From positions 1 through 59,676 of the forward strand of contig CANQYV010000003.1 in NCBI GenBank assembly GCA_947628165.1: a stretch of DNA of 59,676 nt, given 5' to 3'. A program made the translations under genes and the position numbers. The notes under the pieces were generated by a model, which saw only the letters and a list, made by a program, of their open reading frames with translations, did no database searches and was not told where the DNA came from. This stretch comes from an uncultured Clostridia bacterium. Its GTDB lineage: Bacteria > Bacillota > Clostridia > Oscillospirales > CAG-272. Numbering within the stretch: position 1 is the stretch's first letter; every line of letters begins with the position of its first letter. Below are positions 47,393 to 56,978 of this stretch, in pieces.

Positions 47393-49411
47393 TCAATAAT
47401 CAAACGCGCCTGTCGTGTTGCCGTCGAACAGGAAATTGTATTCGAGCAGCGAGTATTTGTGCAGTAGCTCCGAGTCGTCAAGCTCGTCAAGCCCGTGCTG
47501 CCTGCCTTCGGCATCGAAGAATCCGTTTGCCGTTATGACCGGGTATTCCGTCATCATTGAGGCAAGGAAGCGCTGCGCGCGCGTCGGCTCGATATTCGCG
47601 ACGCGGCAAAGCAAGGTCGAGAGGTAATTTGCGCTTATCGCCGGTATCTCCTCTTCCCTTATGTCGTAGTTCGCCCAGATGAAGAACGGGACGATGTACG
47701 TCTGCTCCTTCTCCTCGGGTATCTCGTTGTTTATCGTCTTGCCCTTTTGGTTGAGCAGGTCCTGATAGACCCACTTGCTCGGCTGATGGTCTCCGAAGAA
47801 GATGACGAGCGTCGGCTCGCTGTACTGCTCAAGCGTCGTGAGAAGATATTTTACGGCGCTGTCTGTCTCCTTTATGAGCGACAGATACTGAGAGAGCTGC
47901 TGGCTGTTCTCGAGCCCCTCCGCCGTTATCGCCCTGTCGTTAAAGTTGGCATAATTCTTTGTATAGCCGCCGTGGTTCTGCATCGTCACGTTGAATACGA
48001 ACATCGGCTTGCCGGGCTCCTTGTCCTCGAACGTGCGGAGAATATAGCGGAAAACCGATATGTCGGAAACGTAACCGCGGACGAGAGACATCCCGCGCAG
48101 GTCGGGTCGGAAAAGTATATTGTCAAATCCGAACTGGGCGTAGACGTTGTTTCTGTTCCAGCCCGTCGCGCCGTATGGGTGTATCGACATCGTGCCGTAC
48201 CCGTTTGCCTCGAGCTGCGTCGCGAGGCTCGGTCTGTCTCTGTGTATGTACTGCTGATACGGCATGCTCCCCGTCGGCAGATACGCCATCGAAAGCCCCG
48301 TCAGAAACTCAAACTCCGTGTTCGCCGTGCTTCCGCCTATAACGGAGGTGTGCAGCCACCCCTTTACGGTATTTTCCGAAAGCGAGCGGATGAAAGGCAT
48401 ATAGTCCTCGTTCGTCTCGAAATCGAGCACGACGCTGAGGTCGGAGAACGCCTCGTCCATTATTGCAATGATGTTCGGGTTTTTGACGTCCGAATAAGGC
48501 TCGTAGGAGGGCTCTTCGTACCCGCCCGGCTCCGCCGCCTCGTTCGCGGCAGTCTTTGAATACCCGCTCGGCTTTTCAACGGAGAGATATTTCAGATTGG
48601 TCATAAACGCGACGGTGAATCCGTCCCTGCTGTAAAGCGTCGTCGGGGAGAAAAGGTAGGGATAAAGGCCAAAGTCGTCAAACACTCTGTCAAGGCTCAG
48701 ATAGTAACCGTATGAAAAGAACAGTACGAGAACCGCCGCGCAGCAGGAGAGCCTGACGTACAGCCTGCGCAGCCAGCCGAGCTCGACGCCCGTATAAAAG
48801 CCGATATATATGATGAGCAGAAGCGCCGTTACGGCGGCGGCAAGCGTCGGCGTTACTTCAAATTCATAATTGCCGACGACGGACGCCGCGATCCCTATGC
48901 TGCCGAAATCCCACGGGTAGAGCGGAACTGAGCGGAACAGCATGACGTAGTGCTCCGCTATCCCGAAAAAGAGCGCGAAAACCGCCGGAGCGAGCACAGC
49001 CGCCCACGTCCTGCGCGTCGCGAACAAAAATCCGAGCGCGAGAAGATAAAAGAAAATACAGTTGAGAAAAACGGCGGGCGCGCCCATGTCGGAGATGTTG
49101 TGCGACATCTTTTCGAGCAGGAGCATCGACGCCGCGGGCGACACCGCGACGGGTACGATTGCCGCCGCCTTATATTTTTTCGGATGAATGAACAAGAGCG
49201 CCGCCATAAGGACAATCATTATGGCGCAGGATATTATGCAAAATCTGTCTGACACGGCATTTTCCGGCGTGCTGCCCTCGCCTTTTTTCGAGCTCAGCAT
49301 AAGGCAAAACACCGCGCCCGACAGAACTGTCGGTATCAGATAAAAGAATTCACGTCCCACGGGGCGCCTGAAAATGCGCTCCTTTTTGGGCTCTATGCTC
49401 TGTGTTTCCAA
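47393..49411 (-). CDS. LTA synthase/sulfatase-family membrane protein (paralog 1)
   Basis: Same architecture; DEAF, GGSTANTE, MQNHG, FGDHQP; probable TTG start at 49411 after GGAGGTG. Confidence 0.88.
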   Translation of the reverse strand: METQSIEPKKERIFRRPVGREFFYLIPTVLSGAVFCLMLSSKKGEGSTPENAVSDRFCIISCAIMIVLMAALLFIHPKKYKAAAIVPVAVSPAASMLLLEKMSHNISDMGAPAVFLNCIFFYLLALGFLFATRRTWAAVLAPAVFALFFGIAEHYVMLFRSVPLYPWDFGSIGIAASVVGNYEFEVTPTLAAAVTALLLIIYIGFYTGVELGWLRRLYVRLSCCAAVLVLFFSYGYYLSLDRVFDDFGLYPYLFSPTTLYSRDGFTVAFMTNLKYLSVEKPSGYSKTAANEAAEPGGYEEPSYEPYSDVKNPNIIAIMDEAFSDLSVVLDFETNEDYMPFIRSLSENTVKGWLHTSVIGGSTANTEFEFLTGLSMAYLPTGSMPYQQYIHRDRPSLATQLEANGYGTMSIHPYGATGWNRNNVYAQFGFDNILFRPDLRGMSLVRGYVSDISVFRYILRTFEDKEPGKPMFVFNVTMQNHGGYTKNYANFNDRAITAEGLENSQQLSQYLSLIKETDSAVKYLLTTLEQYSEPTLVIFFGDHQPSKWVYQDLLNQKGKTINNEIPEEKEQTYIVPFFIWANYDIREEEIPAISANYLSTLLCRVANIEPTRAQRFLASMMTEYPVITANGFFDAEGRQHGLDELDDSELLHKYSLLEYNFLFDGNTTGAFDY

Positions 49412-49437
49412 AAGACCCGTCACCTCCGTTGTTCTTA

Positions 49438-49830
49438 ATTATACCACGAAGCAAAAACGCTTGCTCGCAAGAGCGTTTTTGCGAGGCCGTCAATGTCAAG
49501 CGAAGCTTTTGAAGATTTTGAAAGCAAGACTTGCGGAGCAAGGCTTGTTTTCAAAGTCGGCGAAGATATTATACCACGTCGCCGAGCGCGCGTAGCAGTG
49601 CGAGGCGGCGGCCGTCAATGATTGCAATGATGTCGGAAGGCAAAGCGGCAAAGCCGCGCATGGCTTCCGTAAACATCATGCAATCATTATACCACGAAGC
49701 AAAAACGCTTGCTCGCAAGAGCGTTTTTGCGAGGCCGTCAATATCGAGCCGGCGGCGCAGCCGCCGCAAAAGCGAAGCTCTTGAAGACTTGCTAAGTGAA
49801 ACTTTGCAAGTCTGCGAAGATATTATACCA
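49438..49830. repeat. Array of promoter-like boxes alternating with variable hairpins
   Basis: ATTATACCA at 49438, 49568, 49686, 49822; GGCCGTCAA three times; exact 57-nt direct repeat 49438-49494 / 49686-49742. Confidence 0.85.
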
Positions 49831-49984
49831 TAGTTTGCTTTTTCAAATATAACGAAATCGGAAAATAAATGTAAATATTCTGTTAACTCGGGCGCGGCAG
49901 CGCACCGGGCTGCCGCTATCTTCGCCGTATCAACATCCACAAAAAAATACCCCTTCGTTTGTGCAATATCGTTACATTGTGTAT

Positions 49985-50013
49985 TTGACAACATTCGCAT
50001 AGTATGATATATT
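49985..50013 (+). promoter_or_regulatory. Sigma-A promoter of the MATE gene
   Basis: TTGACA-17 nt-TATATT with TG extension. Confidence 0.75.
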
Positions 50014-50103
50014 ATATACAAGCGTCACGGAGCTTTTTGCTTTTGTGACGCCTATCTATGCCTCAGCATAAAACTGCTTGAATAAAGTAAGGAATTCGTC
50101 AAA

Positions 50104-51543
50104 ATGCCGTCACTGAAAGAGATTTTTTCACCGAAGGATATGTCCGTCGGCTCACCTGCCGCCCGCATAGCGGAGTTCGCGGTACCGATGCTCGTCGGAA
50201 ATATCGCACAGCAGCTTTACAATACCGTCGACACGATAGTCGTCGGCAAATATGTCGGAGACGACGCGATATCCGCCGTCGGCGGGGCGGCGCCGATACT
50301 CAACCTGATGCTCGCGCTTATGATAGGTCTTTCGACCGGCGTCGGCGTCCTCGTATCCCAGTATTTCGGCGCGCGCGACCGCAGGATGCTCTCGACTACG
50401 ATCGGCAACTGCATCACGCTCACGGCGATAGGCTCCGTCATCGTCATGATAATCGGCACGCTCATCACCTCCCCTCTCCTGACGGCGCTCAACACGCCGG
50501 AGGGCGACATTTTCAGGTGGAGCCGCGATTATCTGCTCGTCTGCTTCATAGGCATAATCGGAATGTTCTACTACAACATCCTCTCGGGTGTCCTGCGCGG
50601 CATGGGAGACTCGATATCGGCGCTCGTGTTCCTTCTCATTTCCGCCGTGCTCAACATAGGGCTTGACCTTTGGTTCGTCATAGGGCTTCGCCTCGAGGTC
50701 ATGGGCGTCGCGCTCGCGACCGTCATCTCTCAGACAGTATCCGCAATATGCTGCTACATAAAAATGCTCTTTATGCGGAACGTGTTCGATATCAAGCTCA
50801 AGTACTTCAAGCTTGAGCACGTCACGTTTGAAATGCTTCGCCTCGGCATCCCCTCGGGACTCACGCAGGCGATATTCTCCGTCGCGATGCTGCTCGTACA
50901 GTCGCTGACCAACAGCTTCGGCAAAGCGGTCATGGCTGCAAACGTCGTCGTGATGCGCGTCGACGGATTTGCGATGATGCCGAATTTCTCGTTCGGTCAG
51001 GCAATGACGATGTACACGGGACAGAACGTCGGCGCAAAGAAATATGACCGCATAAAATCAGGCACGGTACAGGGCACGATAATGGCGGTCTCCGTCTCCG
51101 CGTTCTTCCTCGCGCTGATACTCGTATTCGGTCATCCTCTGATGGGGCTTTTCACGAACACGGAATCGCTTATCGAAATGAGCTACGGCATGATGTGCAT
51201 CCTCGCGATCGGATATGTCGCGATGGGCGTCACGCAGTCGCTCGCCGGCGTTATGCGCGGCGCGGGAGATACGATGACACCGATGTGGCTCTCGCTCTTC
51301 ACGACCGTCATCCTGCGTGTCCCGCTCGCGTATGCGATAGCATACTTCACCCGCTCGGACACGCTCCCGAAGGGAGATTACCGCGCGATCCCGATTTCCC
51401 TTATGGTGTCATGACTCATCGGCATGGCGGCCCACGTCATAGCTTACGCCGCGGGCAGATGGAAAAAGCGCATTCCCGGATACGGCAGCGCCTCCGGCAC
51501 ACCGAAGCCCGCGCAGGCGGTTTCAGCACCCGAAGAAAAATAA
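50104..51543 (+). pseudogene. MATE-family efflux transporter interrupted by an in-frame TGA near the 3' end
   Basis: MATE motifs (PMLVGNIAQQLYNTVDTIVVG, GQNVGA, LRVPLAY); TGA at 51412-51414, then 42 more codons encoding a hydrophobic helix and GRWKK to TAA 51543. Confidence 0.75.
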
Positions 51544-51551
51544 ACGACCGC

Positions 51552-51596
51552 AAAAATCGGCGGGGCATTTCACTGCCCCGCCGATTCTATTTTTTT
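51552..51596. terminator. Bidirectional terminator
   Basis: AATCGGCGGGGCA-6 nt-TGCCCCGCCGATT with A and T tracts. Confidence 0.85.
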
Positions 51597-51601
51597 CGGC
51601 T

Positions 51602-53302
51602 TTACTTGCTGCTGCTTATCTGGCTGCCCCAGATCGAATGGTCGTTCGTGCCTATGAGCGTGAACGTCATCGTCTCCTTGTGGCGGTTCGTTTCGTCGTA
51701 CTGCTTGAAGAACACGCCCTTGTACGTCACCTTGTTAATCACCATCGTGACGTAATAGCCGTTTCCGTCCTCGCCGGTGCGCTGCTCCCAGGTTCCCTTG
51801 ACGTCGCCCGTTATGGTCCCGTCCTTGTTGAGAGTCACCTTTTTCGTCTTGAGCATATCGGTCTTTTTCGTATCTGCGGCAACGCCGTGATCCACAAATT
51901 CATATTCTCCGCAGATCTCGCTCTTCTGATATCCCGTGCGGCGTATAACGCTGCCGAGGAACTCATACACCGCCGTGACGGGCCAGCCGTCCTCGTTCAT
52001 GAACTGCTGGTGTACGCGGAGCTCGTGCCATTCCTGACCGACGTTGAAGCGCGTGTGGTATACGAGATAGTGCTGACCGTCGGTATCAATGAACGCGGAG
52101 TTGTGTCCGCCCGACATATAGCCGTCAGATGCGTTGCCGTTGCCCTTGTTGCCCGAGAAAGCATAGTTTCCGAACAGCTTTATGCCGCGCAGCATCTGGC
52201 TCTCGCCCGCTCTCGGAAGCACTGCCTCATTGCCTGCCGCGTCAACATACGGACCCGTGACGTTCTCGGAACGGAAGAGCCTTATATGATATCCGCTGAA
52301 ATCGTCTGTCGCGTTGAGGCCGCAGTATGAGAGATAGAGGTAGTAATATCCGGCGTCCTTGTCCCAAACGATGTAGGAGCCTTCGCCCGTTCCGCCGTAA
52401 CCGCCCGAAATGCGGTATCCCATGTACGCGTCGGAAACGTTAGCCTTCGTCTCATATTTGACGGTGAGGTCGCGCAGGCCCGTCTTGTTGTCGAGCCTCA
52501 GGAGGAATATGCCTCCGAACCATGAGCCGTACGACATCCAAAGATTCCCGTCCTTGTCATAGAAGACGCACGGGTCGATCGCGTTCGTGCCGTATGACGC
52601 GTTCCAGTCGGAACCGCTCAGATAGCGGGCGATATTCGTCGTGCCCGTCACCTCTTCAAAGTCTGTCTCCGCAAGCTCGGTCTGGTTTCTGAAGCCGGAG
52701 TACACGATAGTTCCGGCGTAGTCATACTTGCCGTCGATCGTGTCCGCCGTCAGGAGCACTATCGAAGAGTAGTGCCTGTCCCCGTTTATGGACATATACA
52801 TGCACCACTTGCCCATGTCCTTATTGTAGATGACGTCGGGCGCCCACATGTTGCCGTCGACGCTGTAATTCGCGCTTCCGTGAGACGACCACGCTATGTT
52901 CTTTTCAAACGTCTTATCGTACGTCGTCTTGTTTTCGAGCGAGCCTATATGTATCGTTTTCCACGATGCGAGGTTGTCGCTCACCGCCCACGCCTTGTGG
53001 GAGCCGAAAACGTAGTATTTGCCGCTTGTCTCGTCAAAAACTATGCTCGGGTCGTGGACCGAGACGCGGTCGCCTATAGTGAGGCGCTTGCCGTCGTACT
53101 TGAACGGGCTCGGCTCCTCTACTATCGGGCCTTCCGTCTCCTCGTCTGGCGCGTTTGTGCCTGTCGAGGGCGTGTTCACGCTGCCCGTATCACCGGTGCC
53201 CGCCGGAGGCGTCGGGGGCGAATTCGTTCCCGCGCAGCCCGCGGCAAGAGCCGTCAGCATGGAAACAACGAGCAGAATGATAATAAATCTTGTCTTTTTC
53301 AT
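51602..53302 (-). CDS. GH43 glycoside hydrolase lipoprotein (endo-arabinanase-like, with C-terminal GH43_C domain)
   Basis: Lipobox LAAGC, P/T linker; VHDPS, WAPD, AIDP, YGSWFGG, GEGSY, GGHNS. Confidence 0.85.
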   Translation of the reverse strand: MKKTRFIIILLVVSMLTALAAGCAGTNSPPTPPAGTGDTGSVNTPSTGTNAPDEETEGPIVEEPSPFKYDGKRLTIGDRVSVHDPSIVFDETSGKYYVFGSHKAWAVSDNLASWKTIHIGSLENKTTYDKTFEKNIAWSSHGSANYSVDGNMWAPDVIYNKDMGKWCMYMSINGDRHYSSIVLLTADTIDGKYDYAGTIVYSGFRNQTELAETDFEEVTGTTNIARYLSGSDWNASYGTNAIDPCVFYDKDGNLWMSYGSWFGGIFLLRLDNKTGLRDLTVKYETKANVSDAYMGYRISGGYGGTGEGSYIVWDKDAGYYYLYLSYCGLNATDDFSGYHIRLFRSENVTGPYVDAAGNEAVLPRAGESQMLRGIKLFGNYAFSGNKGNGNASDGYMSGGHNSAFIDTDGQHYLVYHTRFNVGQEWHELRVHQQFMNEDGWPVTAVYEFLGSVIRRTGYQKSEICGEYEFVDHGVAADTKKTDMLKTKKVTLNKDGTITGDVKGTWEQRTGEDGNGYYVTMVINKVTYKGVFFKQYDETNRHKETMTFTLIGTNDHSIWGSQISSSK

Positions 53303-53325
53303 GGTATCCTCCTTTTTATTTAAAG

Positions 53326-54567
53326 TCACCGCTCGGCGACGACTTTACGTTCGTATGCTTTTACCGTATCGAGCCACCCGAGATCCTTCGGGACGCCCGA
53401 TACTTCGCAGTAATGCTCCCAAACCGTGCTGAACGGGAACGTCTTTATCTCCTCCATAAGAGCGAGGCGCGACGTGAAGTCTCCCGAAAGCTCGTATTCC
53501 TTAAGCAGTTTCGACGGCTCAAGCGCGGCGTACAGCAGCGCCTTCTGCATATTGCGCGTCCCGATTACCCACGCGGCAACGCGGTTTATCGAGGCGTCGA
53601 AGAAGTCGAGCCCTATATGCACTCTCCCGTCGGCGTCGGCGCGCATTATCTCGCACGCGATGGCGCGCAGCTCGTCGTCAAACGTGACGACATGGTCGCT
53701 GTCCCAACGCACCGGGCGCGAAACGTGCAGCAGTATCTCAGGCATGAAGAGGAGCGCCGTACTTATCTTGTCCGAGATGAACTCTGTCGGGTGGAAATGG
53801 CCCGCGTCAAGCGTCCACAAAAGTCCGCGGCTTACGGCGTATGCAAGGTAATAATCGTTGCTGCCGACGGTAAAGCTCTCGGCTCCGATGCCGAAGACCT
53901 TGCCCTCGACGGCGTCTTTGTTATACTTCTTGTCAACGGGGCGGGAGAATATCTCGTCGAGCGACTCCGTCAGCCTCTCTCGCGCGCCGAGCCTGTCGGC
54001 AGGCGTGTCCTTGTATCCGTCCGGCACCCAGTAGTTGGTGACCACCGTCTCGCCAAGCTGCTTTCCTATGTATTCGGCAATATCCCTTGAGCGGCGGCAG
54101 TGCTCGACCCAGAACTCGCGCACCGCGCGGTCGGGGGATGAAAGCGTCAGCCCCGAGCCGCTCATCGGGTGCGAAAAGCACGTCGGGTTGAAGTCTATGC
54201 CGAGTCCGCGCTCCTTTGCCCACGATATCCATGAATCAAAGTGCTTCGGCAAAATGTCGCACCTTCCGACGCGCTCGCCGTCCGCGTCAAGATATATGGC
54301 GTGGAGGTTTATGCGCTTCTTACCGGGTATGAGGGATGCGGCGACATCGAAATCGGCGCGCAGCTGCTCGGGCGTCCTCGCCCTGCCGGGATAGTTTCCC
54401 GTCGTCTGTATGCCGCCTGTGAGCTCGCCGTCCGGGTCCTCGAACCCGCGCACGTCGTCTCCCTGCCAGCAGTTTACGGAGACGGGTATTTTGAGGACGC
54501 GCTCTATAGCCGCGTCGACATCGACGCCATACCTTGCATAATATTCGGCTGATTGTCTGTAATCCAT
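53326..54567 (-). CDS. rhaA: L-rhamnose isomerase
   Basis: [48 protein letters not shown]. Confidence 0.95.
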   Translation of the reverse strand: MDYRQSAEYYARYGVDVDAAIERVLKIPVSVNCWQGDDVRGFEDPDGELTGGIQTTGNYPGRARTPEQLRADFDVAASLIPGKKRINLHAIYLDADGERVGRCDILPKHFDSWISWAKERGLGIDFNPTCFSHPMSGSGLTLSSPDRAVREFWVEHCRRSRDIAEYIGKQLGETVVTNYWVPDGYKDTPADRLGARERLTESLDEIFSRPVDKKYNKDAVEGKVFGIGAESFTVGSNDYYLAYAVSRGLLWTLDAGHFHPTEFISDKISTALLFMPEILLHVSRPVRWDSDHVVTFDDELRAIACEIMRADADGRVHIGLDFFDASINRVAAWVIGTRNMQKALLYAALEPSKLLKEYELSGDFTSRLALMEEIKTFPFSTVWEHYCEVSGVPKDLGWLDTVKAYERKVVAER

Positions 54568-54586
54568 TTCCGAGCCTCCCCTTTTT

Positions 54587-56071
54587 TTATTTTTGTTCCG
54601 TGAGCGCAAGAAAGCGCCCGTATGCGTCGTCTCTTTCTTCTCTGCCCTCCGCTGTCGGCTCGTATACCGAAAGCTCAGTCGAACGGCTGACGAGCTCCCG
54701 CGCCTCACTTACGGAGGAAAGCTCGCCCCCCGCTATCAGCTGGGAGCAAATATTGCCCGTCGCCGTCGCCTCCGACGGACCCGCGACGACGGGTATGCCG
54801 CAGACGTCCGCCGCGATCCTCATGAGCGCGCCTTCGCGGACGCCGCCTCCAACGACATGTATCTCGCGGACAGGCTTCCCTGTCAGCTTTCTGACAGTCT
54901 CGACGCCCCACCTGTAGCGGAGCGCGAGCGAGTCGAAGATGCAGCGCACGATCTCGCCGGGAGTTTCGGGGCTGCCCTGCCCCGTGCGGGAGCAGTATTC
55001 CGCGATGCGGGACGGCATGTCCCCCTGCGGAGTGAAGAGCGCGTCGTCCGGGTCGATTAGATACCGGAACGGCTTTGAAGCGAGCGCCGCCTCGGAGAGC
55101 TCGTCGTATGTGTATTTTCTGCCCCGACGGCCCCACGCGCGGCGCGATTCCTGCTCAAGCCAAAGGCCCGAGATATTTTTGAGGAAGCGTATCTTTCCCT
55201 CGGCGCCGCCCTCGTTCGTAAAGCCGTATTCTCTCGTTTCGTCCGTAATTTTGGGCTCCGGCAGCTCGACGCCGAGAAGGCTCCATGTGCCGCAGCTTAT
55301 ATATGCGAAATCCGGGTCCTTTGCGGGCGTCGCAAGCACTGCGGACGCCGTATCGTGCGACGCCGTGCACACCGCCTTCACGTCCTCCCCCGCGCCAGTT
55401 ATGCCGCGAACTTCCGCTGACAGACCGCCGAGCACCGTGAACGGCTGCACGCACGGAGCGAAAAGCTCCGGGGAGACGCCTATGCGGAGAAGCAGATCTT
55501 TTGCTATGCTCCTTTTTTCCGCGTCGATTATCGCTCCCGTGGAGGCTATTGTGTACTCTGTCGCCTCGACGCCTGTCAGAAAATAATTGAGCAGGTCGGG
55601 GGTAAACAGCGCGCGGCGCGCCGCGCCTATTATGTGCGGATCGTCCCTCACGTCGCAGCGCAGCTGGTATATAGTGTTGAAGGCGAGGTCCTGTATGCCT
55701 GTCCGCCCGTAGAGCTCGGTCCACGGTATTATTCCGAACACCTCTTCTCTTATGTTCTCTGTCCTGCTGTCGCGGTAGTGTACCGGGCATGACAGAAGGT
55801 GTCCGTTTTTGTCTATGTATCCGTAATCGACGCCCCATGTGTCGATTCCGACGGACGAGACGCCGCCTGAAGACGAGGCCTTTGTTATTGCCGTGAGTAT
55901 GTTTCCGAAGAGCGCCGGAATATCCCACAGAAAGCGGCCGGCGAGCGACACCGGCGAGTTTTCAAATCTGTGTATCTCCTCGGTCACAAGGCGCTCTCCG
56001 TCAAAGCTGCCGACGATGCCGCGCCCCGACGACGCACCGAGATCCAAAGCGAGCATTTTCTTTCCGCTCAT
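54587..56071 (-). CDS. rhaB: Rhamnulokinase
   Basis: [45 protein letters not shown]. Confidence 0.93.
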   Translation of the reverse strand: MSGKKMLALDLGASSGRGIVGSFDGERLVTEEIHRFENSPVSLAGRFLWDIPALFGNILTAITKASSSGGVSSVGIDTWGVDYGYIDKNGHLLSCPVHYRDSRTENIREEVFGIIPWTELYGRTGIQDLAFNTIYQLRCDVRDDPHIIGAARRALFTPDLLNYFLTGVEATEYTIASTGAIIDAEKRSIAKDLLLRIGVSPELFAPCVQPFTVLGGLSAEVRGITGAGEDVKAVCTASHDTASAVLATPAKDPDFAYISCGTWSLLGVELPEPKITDETREYGFTNEGGAEGKIRFLKNISGLWLEQESRRAWGRRGRKYTYDELSEAALASKPFRYLIDPDDALFTPQGDMPSRIAEYCSRTGQGSPETPGEIVRCIFDSLALRYRWGVETVRKLTGKPVREIHVVGGGVREGALMRIAADVCGIPVVAGPSEATATGNICSQLIAGGELSSVSEARELVSRSTELSVYEPTAEGREERDDAYGRFLALTEQK

Positions 56072-56108
56072 ATCGGCAAATGCCTCCTTTTTCGGCTTTA
56101 CGCCTTTT

Positions 56109-56957
56109 TTACCGTGCCTTTACTTTTTCCACGATCGCTTTTGCGGCGCCGACTGCGGCGGCGAAAGCCTCCTCGGCGCTGTCGTATGTGCCGCGCATTT
56201 TTGTGCGCTCGCCGCGTTCGAGCGCCGAGAAGCCCTCGAAAACGTGGAGATGAGGCTCGAGCGTCAGTATGATTTCGCCGTCGTACATCCTGTCGACGTC
56301 GCAAAGGAGCTTTTCGACGCATCCTATGCCCTCTCCCGCCGGAACGACGGTCCCGTCCGCGTCCGCGTCCTTGATATGGAGATAGTCTATGTACGGAAGA
56401 AGCAGCCCGGCGGCGTCGGGGTAAGGGGTGACACCGCTCTGTATGAAGTTCGCAGGGTCGAAAATTACGCCTATTTTGTCGCCGAGCGTCTTTTTCAGAT
56501 CAAGGCACCTCTCCGCCGTGTCGCCGTATATCCTCTTTTCGTTTTCGTGGCAGAAGAGCACGCCCGCCTCCCGGCATATGTCCGCCATCTTACCGACGGC
56601 GTCTATGACTTCATCCCGCTTGTTTTCCGTGTTGTAGAACGAGAATCCGCGCATGCGGCGGCAGCCGAGTATGTTTGCAGTCTCGGCTAACCTGCGCGTC
56701 AGCTCAAGGTGAGCCGGGATATCGTCATCTATGCTTATTTTGCCAAGAGGCGAGCCGACGGCGGACAGTGTGATGCCCTCCGCGTCAAGCCTCTGCCGTA
56801 TCTCTTTCGCCTCGGCGGGCGAAAGCTCGGCGACGTTTTTCCCGTCTACGCCGCGAAGCTCGATTTTGTCGATCCCGAATTTGTGAAGCGCGAATATCTG
56901 CCGCTCAAGCTCGGGAGAATATTCGTCCGCGAACGCGCTGAAAGTGAAGGTTGCCAT
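56109..56957 (-). CDS. Sugar phosphate isomerase/epimerase (AP2-like TIM barrel)
   Basis: FADE, HENEK, FDPAN, HIKDA, LTLEPH metal-binding pattern. Confidence 0.85.
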   Translation of the reverse strand: MATFTFSAFADEYSPELERQIFALHKFGIDKIELRGVDGKNVAELSPAEAKEIRQRLDAEGITLSAVGSPLGKISIDDDIPAHLELTRRLAETANILGCRRMRGFSFYNTENKRDEVIDAVGKMADICREAGVLFCHENEKRIYGDTAERCLDLKKTLGDKIGVIFDPANFIQSGVTPYPDAAGLLLPYIDYLHIKDADADGTVVPAGEGIGCVEKLLCDVDRMYDGEIILTLEPHLHVFEGFSALERGERTKMRGTYDSAEEAFAAAVGAAKAIVEKVKAR

Positions 56958-56978
56958 CTTTTTTAGTTACCTCTTTTG

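Noticed and set aside
3904-47538. Long antisense ORFs (e.g. 3904-4761, 11721-13274, 33072-34295, 46300-47538)
   Set aside because: They lie opposite well-conserved genes and are expected from high-GC codon bias; none shows protein motifs.
49438-49830. CRISPR array
   Set aside because: There is no constant 23-47 nt repeat with unique spacers, the intervening segments are hairpins of unequal length, and no cas genes are present.
49894-49916. GCGGCAGC/GCTGCCGC hairpin as part of the array
   Set aside because: It lies outside the box pattern and has a 7-nt non-GNA loop; its role is unclear.
49569-50021. 150-aa minus-strand ORF over the array
   Set aside because: It has no RBS or recognisable motif, overlaps the MATE promoter, and its sequence is dictated by the repeats.
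51412-51414. Genome-wide TGA recoding or selenocysteine
   Set aside because: Many genes here end properly at TGA, including coupled ATGA/TTGA overlaps. The context is Trp-like and no SECIS-like hairpin is evident.
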